Shown here piece by piece: positions 17,741 through 25,087 of a stretch of DNA of 25,189 bases (its first letter is position 1; each line of letters starts with the position of its first letter). The notes beneath the pieces are model-generated. The model saw nothing but the letters and a program-made list of their open reading frames with translations. It did no database searches and was not told where the DNA came from. A program made the position numbers and the translations under genes. Source of the stretch: a virus (lineage: Duplodnaviria > Caudoviricetes); IMG/VR virus record IMGVR_UViG_3300015370_000252, positions 1 to 25,189 of that record; one strand, written 5' to 3'.

Positions 17741-18254
17741 CTACCAATTCTCCTTCAATAGTATCTCCTAAGAATCCGCCAAACATTTTAGCCATCTGTA
17801 ATTTAAGGGCATCTTGGGTAACTTGAACTTTCATTCGGTTCGTCACACTGTCTTGAGCCTTCATAATCTCCCCTATCTTCAATTCTTTGCGGGCTACTAG
17901 GGGGTTATCTTTCCAAAAATCAACCATTCCAGCGCCAATATCCATTAAGCCTTGGGATAAATCATTTAAATTAGTTGTACTCATTCTATGGGGGGAGTCT
18001 GCTGGGGCATTAAGAGGAATGTGTTTTTTTGCTTCATTATAATGTTTCTTAGCGAAATGGCGGTAACATGCGGCTTCCAGAGATAGAGGTGACTTATGTC
18101 CAGTTTTAGACATGAAATGATCATAAATCTCTTTACGGGGGACTCCAGCCTTCCAGGTTTGTTCAATTTGAGAGCGGTAGGGGGAATTACAAAGCTGGCA
18201 CGGTCTAAAACTAGAAATATAAGCTCTTTTAGTCTTCGTCTTTGGCATGGTCAT
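17709..18254 (-). CDS. terS: Putative terminase small subunit
   Basis: Overlaps terL start; N-terminal CQLC..R..IE..RH...H zinc/HTH-like segment. Confidence 0.65.
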   Translation of the reverse strand: MTMPKTKTKRAYISSFRPCQLCNSPYRSQIEQTWKAGVPRKEIYDHFMSKTGHKSPLSLEAACYRHFAKKHYNEAKKHIPLNAPADSPHRMSTTNLNDLSQGLMDIGAGMVDFWKDNPLVARKELKIGEIMKAQDSVTNRMKVQVTQDALKLQMAKMFGGFLGDTIEGELVDEDPPTTLLE

Positions 18255-18289
18255 AGTAACACTATATACTTTAAAATACCCCTTGTCTA
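18255..18289 (-). promoter_or_regulatory. Sigma70-type promoter for the late operon, probably leaderless
   Basis: TAGACA (18289-18284), 17 bp, TATAGT (18266-18261), 6 nt, ATG 18254; no SD. Confidence 0.55.
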
Positions 18290-18384
18290 CTGTCTAGCGT
18301 ATCAAGTGGTACACATATATGACAGGGAACCCATACCACTTCGTCACCCCCAGTGCCCCCCATTATTATTATGATATTCAGTTT

Positions 18385-18412
18385 ACGTCGCACAATAAAT
18401 ATTGTACGACCC
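18385..18412. other. dif-like 11-6-11 inverted repeat (candidate tyrosine recombinase site)
   Basis: ACGTCGCACAA-TAAATA-TTGTACGACCC; inner 9-bp arms match at 8/9. Confidence 0.45.
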
Positions 18413-18606
18413 GACCTCACTTGAGGTTATTTTGTATTTTATAGTCCCCCTAAACCGATATTCTATCCTATAGCCTGCATAAATACGAGAATAATAGGAG
18501 TAAATTAGCAGTCAGAGGCGGCGAGTGCTAACGGCAAGATGCTGCGCGAAACGCAGATAAATGGACGCAATCTCTAGCTAATTATATGCAATCCGTACTT
18601 TCACTA

Positions 18607-18635
18607 TTGACAAATATGCGCTTATGCATTAGTGT
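18607..18635 (+). promoter_or_regulatory. Sigma70-type promoter for rightward genes
   Basis: Perfect TTGACA, 17 bp, TAGTGT. Confidence 0.55.
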
Positions 18636-18750
18636 TATATTTAATCAGCAAATCAATAAGAATATAGAAAAAATACAACTCGAGAGAAAAGACAACTATC
18701 GTCACCGTAAACTACAGAATAATATAAATTAAAAATAAAGGAGTAAGCTC

Positions 18751-19254
18751 ATGCAAAAAGCAAAGAGCCGAATCAAAAAGCTTGAACAAGCTACCAGGCT
18801 TCAACCCCCCGCCACCGCCGTGATCGCGCTATCTATACTAGTCATCAGCTTATGGGCGCTAACCTTCTATTTCCTTCTTCTTACCCCAGAACCTACAGAA
18901 CCCATCGTTATCAATCACACCATTATTAAATCAATACAACACGACAAGGGTGTTAACTTCTGGACTGGTAAAGCCTCCTACTATTCAAGAGAGGGCTGTA
19001 TTGGCTGCTCTGAGAGCCTCACAATGGCCAACGGTCAACCGCTTGACGATTCTAAGTTAACAGTAGCCTTCAACAAGCTGCCACTAGGTAAAACAGTTAG
19101 AGTAATCAATAACACCACCTATGATGTCGTAGAAGCTAAAATAACCGATACTGGAGGGTTTGAGAGGCTTGGAAGAATCATAGACCTATCAGTGGCTACT
19201 AAAGAAGCGATTAATTGCTCTGATATATGTGATGTAACTATACTATATAAATAG
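18751..19254 (+). CDS. Membrane-anchored RlpA-like (double-psi beta-barrel) lytic transglycosylase
   Basis: AAGGAG SD; TM segment; GKASYY, TMANG, TVAFNKLPLG..VRV.N, ITDTGGF..RIIDLS. Confidence 0.85.
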   Translation: MQKAKSRIKKLEQATRLQPPATAVIALSILVISLWALTFYFLLLTPEPTEPIVINHTIIKSIQHDKGVNFWTGKASYYSREGCIGCSESLTMANGQPLDDSKLTVAFNKLPLGKTVRVINNTTYDVVEAKITDTGGFERLGRIIDLSVATKEAINCSDICDVTILYK

Positions 19255-19322
19255 TTGAATATAGCCAGGGCAATGGGCGAGTAATAAATATAATATAAAT
19301 TATTATAACAAGGTAAAACATT

Positions 19323-19493
19323 ATGAAAGAGCAAAAAGACACAACTAAATGGATGGTTAACCCATATCAAGCCGCTAGAGAGCTTGAGAGCATTGAAAAA
19401 CTAGAGCGGGAAATTAATCAGGAACTTGAAACCGATCATCCCAACATTATCGTGCTTCATTCTTTACCCCATAGAACTGTATTAGTATTATAA
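19323..19493 (+). CDS. Hypothetical protein (56 aa, not in ORF track)
   Basis: MKEQKDTTKWMVNPYQAARELE...RTVLVL*; AAGGT upstream; fills gap in plus-strand run. Confidence 0.55.
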   Translation: MKEQKDTTKWMVNPYQAARELESIEKLEREINQELETDHPNIIVLHSLPHRTVLVL

Positions 19494-19517
19494 ATTAATT
19501 AATAGGAGAAAAATAAC

Positions 19518-19733
19518 ATGACGAATTATAGACAAAGAAAACTATATAAAGAGTTTACGCCATATCTAGCCACGGCATACGCCGAGGGATTCTGCGAAGG
19601 TGATGGGGCCAGTGAAATTGATCAGCTTACCGCGTGGCAATATCTACACGATAAAAAATTAGCCTATAGTTTGCAGGGGTGGTTTGGCCGTAGGGCTCAG
19701 TCTTTAATAAATAATGGCTACATAAGGAAATAA
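19518..19733 (+). CDS. Hypothetical phage protein (71 aa)
   Basis: AGGAG SD; AWQYL.D...AYSLQGWFGRRA..LI..G pattern of small phage early proteins. Confidence 0.75.
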   Translation: MTNYRQRKLYKEFTPYLATAYAEGFCEGDGASEIDQLTAWQYLHDKKLAYSLQGWFGRRAQSLINNGYIRK

Positions 19734-19903
19734 TGTATAAAATGACGCAAGCACAATCTAGACTTGAATACTTAAGAGGAGAAATTGAGGCGGAGCGTAT
19801 TAGCTACGATGAAATAGCCGAGCTACAATCACTGGCCGCTCATATAGAAGACGACGACGTATTATTAAAACAATGGGCCAATGTGCCCGAAGGAGATAAC
19901 TAA
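19733..19903 (+). CDS. Hypothetical phage protein (56 aa, not in ORF track)
   Basis: TAATG coupling; ...RLEYLRGEIEAERISYDEIAELQSLA...WANVPEGDN*. Confidence 0.7.
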   Translation: MYKMTQAQSRLEYLRGEIEAERISYDEIAELQSLAAHIEDDDVLLKQWANVPEGDN

Positions 19904-19904
19904 A

Positions 19905-20135
19905 ATGCGCACACTTAACAAAAAGCAAAAAACGCTTTTAAACCAATTCATCAAAGACTACTATAAAGGCTCTGGAGGCAACTATCCTCATGATGTGGAC
20001 GACATTAACCCCGTGTTATGGTCAGAGATTGAGCAAACTAATGATCATGAGACACTTTACCAAAACGCCAATCGTTATATTAACGACCAAGTAATGACTG
20101 GTAAATATCAGAGACCCAACTTCGTACAGCTTTAA
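19905..20135 (+). CDS. Hypothetical protein (76 aa)
   Basis: Start re-called to ATG 19905 (MRTLNKK) with AAGGAG SD, 1 nt after the previous stop. Confidence 0.7.
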   Translation: MRTLNKKQKTLLNQFIKDYYKGSGGNYPHDVDDINPVLWSEIEQTNDHETLYQNANRYINDQVMTGKYQRPNFVQL

Positions 20136-20136
20136 A

Positions 20137-20202
20137 CTCTAATCATGCCCACTTGGGCAACAGGCGGGCATAATGAGAGCTTAACAACTCGCTCTTTAAC
20201 AA
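20137..20202 (+). promoter_or_regulatory. Long imperfect hairpin followed by boxA-like sequence
   Basis: CTCTAATCATGCCCACTTG-GGCAA-CAGGCGGGCATAATGAGAG, no U-tract; CGCTCTTTAACAA at 20190-20202. Confidence 0.6.
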
Positions 20203-20241
20203 TTCAATATCGTTATATTTACCTCAAGGAAGGGGTATAAT

Positions 20242-20784
20242 ATGAGAATTAACAAAAGTAATCTCGAGAGCGTATTTCAATCAACTAAGACCAGTGTAGA
20301 GACAATGGAACTCAAAGGCTATGAGTATATTTGCAATTTATTTGCCGATAGCTCAGGGTTTGGGCAAGAAGACGAAGCATCACTCACACCCAAGCAGCTA
20401 CTAAAAGAGCTAAAGACCATAGTAGAAGAACATGGAACCGTTCACACCTTCATTAGTGAAGCAGGACAGTTTCAGGTTAACATCGGAGTATTCAAGCAAA
20501 CAGGCAAGCGCAGAACGCGCAGAATCGCCAATAACACGCTAGAAGTCTATAAAACCGATAAATACCAGGATCTAGAAGCCATCAGACTACATGATACCAA
20601 CATCATCACTTTTTTAGACAATGGCAAAATCCGATTAAATAATGGAGGATGGCAAACCAGGACCACGGCAAGTCGTATAAATGACTATCTGCCAACTGGC
20701 TACCTACTCTATCAAAAAAACTGGAACTGGTTGATTGATACCCCGACGGGCACAATCGAATATCAAAATGGAATGGAGATATAA
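20242..20784 (+). CDS. Hypothetical phage protein (180 aa)
   Basis: AAGGGG SD; C-terminal IRLHDTNI...LNNGGWQTRTTASRIN motif recurrent in phage early genes. Confidence 0.75.
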   Translation: MRINKSNLESVFQSTKTSVETMELKGYEYICNLFADSSGFGQEDEASLTPKQLLKELKTIVEEHGTVHTFISEAGQFQVNIGVFKQTGKRRTRRIANNTLEVYKTDKYQDLEAIRLHDTNIITFLDNGKIRLNNGGWQTRTTASRINDYLPTGYLLYQKNWNWLIDTPTGTIEYQNGMEI

Positions 20785-21000
20785 ATGCAAAAAGTATATA
20801 AAGGCTTAACCCAAGAGCAAAAAGATAAAAACATTATCTTTACTTCTACACTTTCAGAGTATAGAACCGAGACACTCTTGGACTTAACGCACGAAGTAAA
20901 AAGTACAGATACTAATAAAGAGGTGACAGTCGAAAGACTATTAAACGATAGTTTTTTTAATAGCTCACCACTTTGGAAATATAATATAATAAGAAAATAA
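20785..21000 (+). CDS. Hypothetical protein (71 aa)
   Basis: Abuts previous stop; GGAG SD; followed by terminator. Confidence 0.7.
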   Translation: MQKVYKGLTQEQKDKNIIFTSTLSEYRTETLLDLTHEVKSTDTNKEVTVERLLNDSFFNSSPLWKYNIIRK

Positions 21001-21028
21001 CTAGAATATAACGATATTGTTGCAAACT

Positions 21029-21052
21029 AACCCGTCAAAAGCGGGTTTTTTT
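21029..21052 (+). terminator. Rho-independent terminator
   Basis: AACCCGT-CAAAA-GCGGGTT followed by T run. Confidence 0.85.
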
Positions 21053-21177
21053 GCGTCTACCTTACACTATGTACCTCTTTTGCTGTACTTTACGATGAGC
21101 AATGTTGTCTTTTACTCAAGAGACCAAAACCCACACTAAGGACGGTATATAATAATTATTCAATGAAAGGAGCCAAA

Positions 21178-21393
21178 ATGACAGAAGAAATCTATAACGG
21201 CGGCGAAACTTCAAGCGTCCAGTTGCGTCTCAATAGTAAGGGAGTCTACACCTGGACCATCTACCTTCAGATAAGGGAAGGAGTCGGGCCAACTCAAGTT
21301 GCAACTCAGTTGCGGGAATTTGATGAGGCGCTACGGTCTACATTTCCCAATCATGCTAAAAAAGGTGGTGGACGTATGGTAGGATTTAATTAA
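21178..21393 (+). CDS. Hypothetical protein (71 aa)
   Basis: Start re-called to ATG 21178 with AAAGGAG SD; SSVQLRLNSKGVYTWTI motif; TATAAT upstream. Confidence 0.7.
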   Translation: MTEEIYNGGETSSVQLRLNSKGVYTWTIYLQIREGVGPTQVATQLREFDEALRSTFPNHAKKGGGRMVGFN

Positions 21394-21421
21394 TTATTAC
21401 AGAGAGGGGGGTATTACGATT

Positions 21422-21649
21422 ATGTCACATGCATATCTAGATGAAGGAGTTAAAACACCTATCAAAGAGAAATTTGCCAGGGCACGCGGCCTATTCATTC
21501 CAGGTAGACTAGGATTCTCATTTTATATTGGTAGAAAAGAATTATTTGTGGGATTTGAAGTAAGTAGAGTATCAATCCCTACCAAAGTTAAGAGAGTGAA
21601 GCGTAAAATTGAACACGCTAGAGTTACATTCGTTCCAACGCGCGAATGA
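21422..21649 (+). CDS. Hypothetical basic protein (75 aa)
   Basis: GAGGGGG SD; followed by terminator. Confidence 0.65.
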   Translation: MSHAYLDEGVKTPIKEKFARARGLFIPGRLGFSFYIGRKELFVGFEVSRVSIPTKVKRVKRKIEHARVTFVPTRE

Positions 21650-21866
21650 GATATAACTGAAGCCAGTCGGGGGGTAAGTTTTTTACCCGAGACTGGCTTT
21701 TTTTATCGATTAACTTTTCTCGTTCTATTTCTTCTGAAGCAGGTCTACTAAACATTAAGGCAATTTGTTTTCTATTTCTATAATACCAACGCAACTGAAT
21801 TACTCTATACCTATTGGGGTTTAGTGTTCGAAAACTCACTGATGCTGAAACCTTTTTTAAAGACAT
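21624..21866 (-). CDS. Possible hypothetical protein (80 aa)
   Basis: ORF track; overlaps both neighbours and reads through the terminator hairpin, so uncertain. Confidence 0.35.
   Translation of the reverse strand: MSLKKVSASVSFRTLNPNRYRVIQLRWYYRNRKQIALMFSRPASEEIEREKLIDKKSQSRVKNLPPDWLQLYLIRALERM
21660..21704 (+). terminator. Rho-independent terminator at convergence point
   Basis: AAGCCAGTC..GGGTAA-loop-TTACCC..GACTGGC followed by T7. Confidence 0.8.
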
Positions 21867-22080
21867 GTGTTATCCGTCCCAATAACACTTTAACCTCATT
21901 TTCTTTTCTTTGCAAGCTATTCACTAACTCGTCCACTTCTGAAGCCTGAAGCCCATCAGCAGTAAACGATAGTCTATACAAGGCATCTAGTAGCCTCGCA
22001 TTAGCTTCTACAGCTTCTTTTTGGTCTTTTTGAGGATCAGAGTTGTCTCTGATGTGTTTAACACTTTCATACAGTTTCAT
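21811..22080 (-). CDS. Hypothetical protein (89 aa)
   Basis: ORF in minus-strand run; start lies inside a 10-bp tandem repeat. Confidence 0.6.
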   Translation of the reverse strand: MKLYESVKHIRDNSDPQKDQKEAVEANARLLDALYRLSFTADGLQASEVDELVNSLQRKENEVKVLLGRITHVFKKGFSISEFSNTKPQ

Positions 22081-22090
22081 ACAGTTTCAT
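22061..22090. repeat. 10-bp tandem repeat x3 over a start codon
   Basis: ACACTTTCAT ACAGTTTCAT ACAGTTTCAT. Confidence 0.85.
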
Positions 22091-22329
22091 TATAATTCTT
22101 CAACAGTTCCCTTCCCTGCATCTACGTGCATATCTACCTCTTCATTCTTCTTAGCTTTAATGCCAAGCCTAATTCTAACAACAGTATCTACATAATTCTG
22201 TCTGTCTTTTTGCGTTAAACCTATTAAATACTCAAGGGTATTACCCCAAGAGTTCAGCGCTCCGATTATGGCGCCAACGCTATTGAGGTGTTTTTGCTCA
22301 ACCTCGGTGAGTTTGTGAGTTTTGCTCAT
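22090..22329 (-). CDS. Hypothetical protein (79 aa)
   Basis: AAGGAG SD, ATGA coupling. Confidence 0.7.
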   Translation of the reverse strand: MSKTHKLTEVEQKHLNSVGAIIGALNSWGNTLEYLIGLTQKDRQNYVDTVVRIRLGIKAKKNEEVDMHVDAGKGTVEEL

Positions 22330-23096
22330 ATTTTCTCCTTATTAAACTTTTTATGACAGAATGGACATTCAATTTGCTCATCCAAGAGCTTTTGGATTCT
22401 TTCCTTCTCAAGTCTCTCTTTATCTGCTTGAGCTTTTTGCTCGGCCAGCTTTTTATCGGCTTCTTGTTTGGCTTTACGTTCTTTTTTATCTCTTAGCTCT
22501 TTTTCAGCTCTTAATTTTTGCTCGGCCTTTTCACGCTTTTTCCTCTCTTCATCAATTTTCTTTTGCTCCTGCTCACGTTTTCTAAGCTCTACTTTATCTC
22601 TAACAGCTGCTTCTCTCTTTAACTTTTCATTTTCTTCTAGGATTTCCTTTTGCTCGACCAGTTGCTTTTTTATTCTAGCTAATTCCTCGGCTGCTAGTCT
22701 TTTTTCTTCTTCTATTCTAACTTTTTCGGCCTTTTTTTCTTCTTGAATCTTTACAAAATTTTCCTGTAATTTTAAATGTTCTTCTATTGGCTTTAAAAGT
22801 GATTGTAAAAATCTAGCTATAGCATCAATTGCCTGACCTTTTCTTAAGCTTTGTTCTTTTAATACTTTTCTTGACTTCTCAAGTTCAATTCTTAAATCTG
22901 AAAACTTCTTTCGAACTACTTTAGCCATTTCTATCTCAGTTGTTTGAGAAGCATTAATAACAACTATTTTTTTAGCTTTAACCTCCCATTCTTTGGCTAC
23001 TTCTTCATAGTGACCAAACTTATCAAGTAAAGTTTTACCTTCTTCAGACTCTAATCCACTTTCCTTAACTATTGTTTGTAATTTCATTTCTATCAT
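22326..23096 (-). CDS. Coiled-coil phage protein with C-terminal CPFC knuckle (256 aa)
   Basis: R..LEKSRK.LK..SL..GQAID...L...IEEHL..QE pattern, E/K/R-rich coil; ATGA coupled. Confidence 0.75.
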   Translation of the reverse strand: MIEMKLQTIVKESGLESEEGKTLLDKFGHYEEVAKEWEVKAKKIVVINASQTTEIEMAKVVRKKFSDLRIELEKSRKVLKEQSLRKGQAIDAIARFLQSLLKPIEEHLKLQENFVKIQEEKKAEKVRIEEEKRLAAEELARIKKQLVEQKEILEENEKLKREAAVRDKVELRKREQEQKKIDEERKKREKAEQKLRAEKELRDKKERKAKQEADKKLAEQKAQADKERLEKERIQKLLDEQIECPFCHKKFNKEKI

Positions 23097-23395
23097 TTCT
23101 TTACTCCCAAACTAACTAATAATTCCTCAGCTGTTAAACGCGTTGGAACCGTCCCTCGTAGCTGACCTACTTGGTCCTCATCACCTACTGGCATTACAGC
23201 CTCATTTGGCCCCTCTAATGGCTTCTCAGAGGCTATATAACAAGCCTCGCATGCCATATTCTCTTCTTCACCCAATAAAAAGTCTTGTGGTTGGTGACAT
23301 TTAGAGCAAGTAAGAATCTCAGATCTTTCAATACCATACTCCCTAACACTTATTACCTCACCCTGATCGTTTCGTTTTATTATTTGTTTTTTCAT
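23093..23395 (-). CDS. Hypothetical zinc-finger protein (100 aa)
   Basis: CSKC...CEAC; TAATG coupling. Confidence 0.65.
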   Translation of the reverse strand: MKKQIIKRNDQGEVISVREYGIERSEILTCSKCHQPQDFLLGEEENMACEACYIASEKPLEGPNEAVMPVGDEDQVGQLRGTVPTRLTAEELLVSLGVKK

Positions 23396-23685
23396 TAATT
23401 TATCGTACCAGTTATTTTAAATTTGGCTACGTCCTCATATTTTATAATTAATACTATTGTCCACACTGCCTCTGAAGTATTTTGGGGGATTGTATTAAGA
23501 CACTCCTCAATAATTGTACTCATCTCATAGAGTTTTTTATCTTGAGAAACACGTTCAAAAATACTTTTTACACCAGTTTCTATTTTACCAGATCTCTCTT
23601 GGGTTATTCCCATAGCAACTCTTATGTCAAACTTATCTGGAGGCATATGTGTAATTAAATTCATAATGTTTAAGACCCTTTCCAC
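23395..23685 (-). CDS. Hypothetical protein
   Basis: ORF track; alternative ATG at 23664 with GAAAGGG. Confidence 0.6.
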   Translation of the reverse strand: MERVLNIMNLITHMPPDKFDIRVAMGITQERSGKIETGVKSIFERVSQDKKLYEMSTIIEECLNTIPQNTSEAVWTIVLIIKYEDVAKFKITGTIN

Positions 23686-23837
23686 TACTCTCGTAGCTGT
23701 TTAATTTCTCTACCTAATTGTCTATAAAAATCATCTATTTTTTCAAAGTTAACAAATCTTTTGACCGTTCTCTCTAGTGCCTCAAGTATCTCTTCGTCGG
23801 TGCCTTTAATCTCATACTCTATATATTTTTTTATCAT
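23685..23837 (-). CDS. Hypothetical protein (50 aa, not in ORF track)
   Basis: MIKKYIEYEIKGTDEEILEALE...QLRE*; GGAGG SD; ATGA coupling. Confidence 0.65.
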   Translation of the reverse strand: MIKKYIEYEIKGTDEEILEALERTVKRFVNFEKIDDFYRQLGREIKQLRE

Positions 23838-24007
23838 TTTCCCTCCAGTTTTTTAATCAACTCGCTAATCTTCTTACTTGCTTCTAGCTTAGTCATTTTA
23901 TCTATTTCTTCCCAAGAGATAGGCTCTCCTGTTTTTACACCCAAGCTCATCAAAGCAAATCCTTGTCTGGGAGTAGGACCGCTTTCAGGAAACATACTTT
24001 TTTGCAT
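23834..24007 (-). CDS. Small DUF3072-like protein (57 aa, not in ORF track)
   Basis: PTPRQ..ALMSL...E....MTKLEASKKISEL pattern. Confidence 0.55.
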   Translation of the reverse strand: MQKSMFPESGPTPRQGFALMSLGVKTGEPISWEEIDKMTKLEASKKISELIKKLEGK

Positions 24008-24116
24008 AATCTTTGCAATCTAAACATAGTGATGAGTTGCTTCCGCCTAGATACTTTTCCCCGCAGTCCTCGCACCACTTCTGTTGTCGGTAGCCCTTCT
24101 TCTTGTAGTTACCCAT
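23985..24116 (-). CDS. Small zinc-finger protein (43 aa, not in ORF track)
   Basis: MGNYKKKGYRQQKWCEDCGEKYLGGSNSSLCLDCKDYAKKYVS*. Confidence 0.6.
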   Translation of the reverse strand: MGNYKKKGYRQQKWCEDCGEKYLGGSNSSLCLDCKDYAKKYVS

Positions 24117-24291
24117 TATTATATAATCTTTTATAAGTTTCTTCTTCTATTAATTTAATAATTTCCTCTTGTGATTCATAATCAAAATCTGTTTCATCAC
24201 AAGCTGTAGCATTGCAATAACATTGTCTTTTTTTAATTGGATTTCCACCAGTATCATATCCATCTATATAATTAAAACACCTCTTTTTCAT
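24109..24291 (-). CDS. Hypothetical Cys-containing protein (60 aa)
   Basis: AAGG SD-like; ATGA coupling. Confidence 0.55.
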   Translation of the reverse strand: MKKRCFNYIDGYDTGGNPIKKRQCYCNATACDETDFDYESQEEIIKLIEEETYKRLYNNG

Positions 24292-24350
24292 TCCTTGTGC
24301 CTTTCACAATAAATAACAAATAAGATCAGTAGTATTATTAAATAAATCAT
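24288..24350 (-). CDS. 20-aa hydrophobic micropeptide
   Basis: MIYLIILLILFVIYCERHKE*; ATGA overlaps at both ends. Confidence 0.55.
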   Translation of the reverse strand: MIYLIILLILFVIYCERHKE

Positions 24351-24574
24351 CCAATGTTTTTAAATCCAGGTTCTTTAATTTTCTCTCTCCACCTTTCAGT
24401 TTGTTGTTCTTTAAGCTGACCTATTAATTTTCCCAGCGAAATCATCATATCTGTAGCGTGTTCAATGGCATCTGTTTCCGATGGATGCCAGACTGTCACT
24501 TGAAGATGTGGCATTATAGACCATATATAACTTAATGTTTTTTCGCTCTCGCGAACTTCTCTTGTTGTTGGCAT
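24347..24574 (-). CDS. Hypothetical protein (75 aa)
   Basis: AAGGAGG SD. Confidence 0.7.
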   Translation of the reverse strand: MPTTREVRESEKTLSYIWSIMPHLQVTVWHPSETDAIEHATDMMISLGKLIGQLKEQQTERWREKIKEPGFKNIG

Positions 24575-24584
24575 GTGCCTCCTT

Positions 24585-24758
24585 TTAATTTATAACTTGT
24601 TCTTCTTCTCGGTATTCTCTCATATCATAAGCCTTGTGTATTACTATCCAACAAGTATCATCCTCACTTCCCTCAACCCTAGGATTACAGCGACACTCCT
24701 TAGAATTAGTATTGTGTTCTTTAAAGTCATTGTTTGGATAAACATGCCAGTCTTTCAT
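24585..24758 (-). CDS. Small His/Cys phage protein (57 aa, not in ORF track)
   Basis: HVYPNND..EH....CRCNP....IVIHKAYD.RE; TAATG coupling. Confidence 0.7.
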   Translation of the reverse strand: MKDWHVYPNNDFKEHNTNSKECRCNPRVEGSEDDTCWIVIHKAYDMREYREEEQVIN

Positions 24759-25087
24759 TATTCCTTTATTTTATCTCTTAATAGTTGGAGTGCTTGGTCT
24801 AAAGCGTCATTTTTACTAAATTCACAGTCACAAAAACCATTAACATAATCACCGCTCCCATCACAAAAACAATTTGGAATATTAACCTTCATCTCCTCCA
24901 CCTCACTCTCAATAGTCTTGAGTAGGTCTGAGATGAATTTGTTTGCACTTGGTAAGAGGCACTCTAATAAGTCCTTGTTGCTTAGATCAGTCCAAGCATT
25001 TTCTGAATGATTTTCTTGCCAGTCATCAGCTTCATCAAACATCTGCTTTATAAATGATTCTAACTACTTACTGTTTATATTAGACAT
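24758..25087 (-). CDS. Hypothetical protein with in-frame TAG at codon 8
   Basis: AAGGAG + ATG 25087: MSNINSK*LESFIKQMFDEADD...; in frame with track ORF starting 25042. Confidence 0.5.

Noticed and set aside
14734-18374. Track ORFs 14734-14922, 16942-17157, 17981-18166, 18096-18374
   Set aside because: Nested in or antisense to portal and terminase genes without independent support
18500-18580. GC-richer stretch with CTGCG-CGAAA-CGCAG hairpin as ncRNA or tRNA
   Set aside because: Only one 5-bp stem; no cloverleaf or known motif
18613-18642. Second dif-like sequence (TGCGCTTATGCATTAGTGTTATAT)
   Set aside because: Arm spacing is 2 nt short of 11-6-11; better explained as promoter spacer and -10
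19119-24848. Track ORFs 19119-19370, 22361-22585, 22468-22746, 24573-24848
   Set aside because: Antisense to better-supported genes; Phe/Ser/Leu-rich shadow composition
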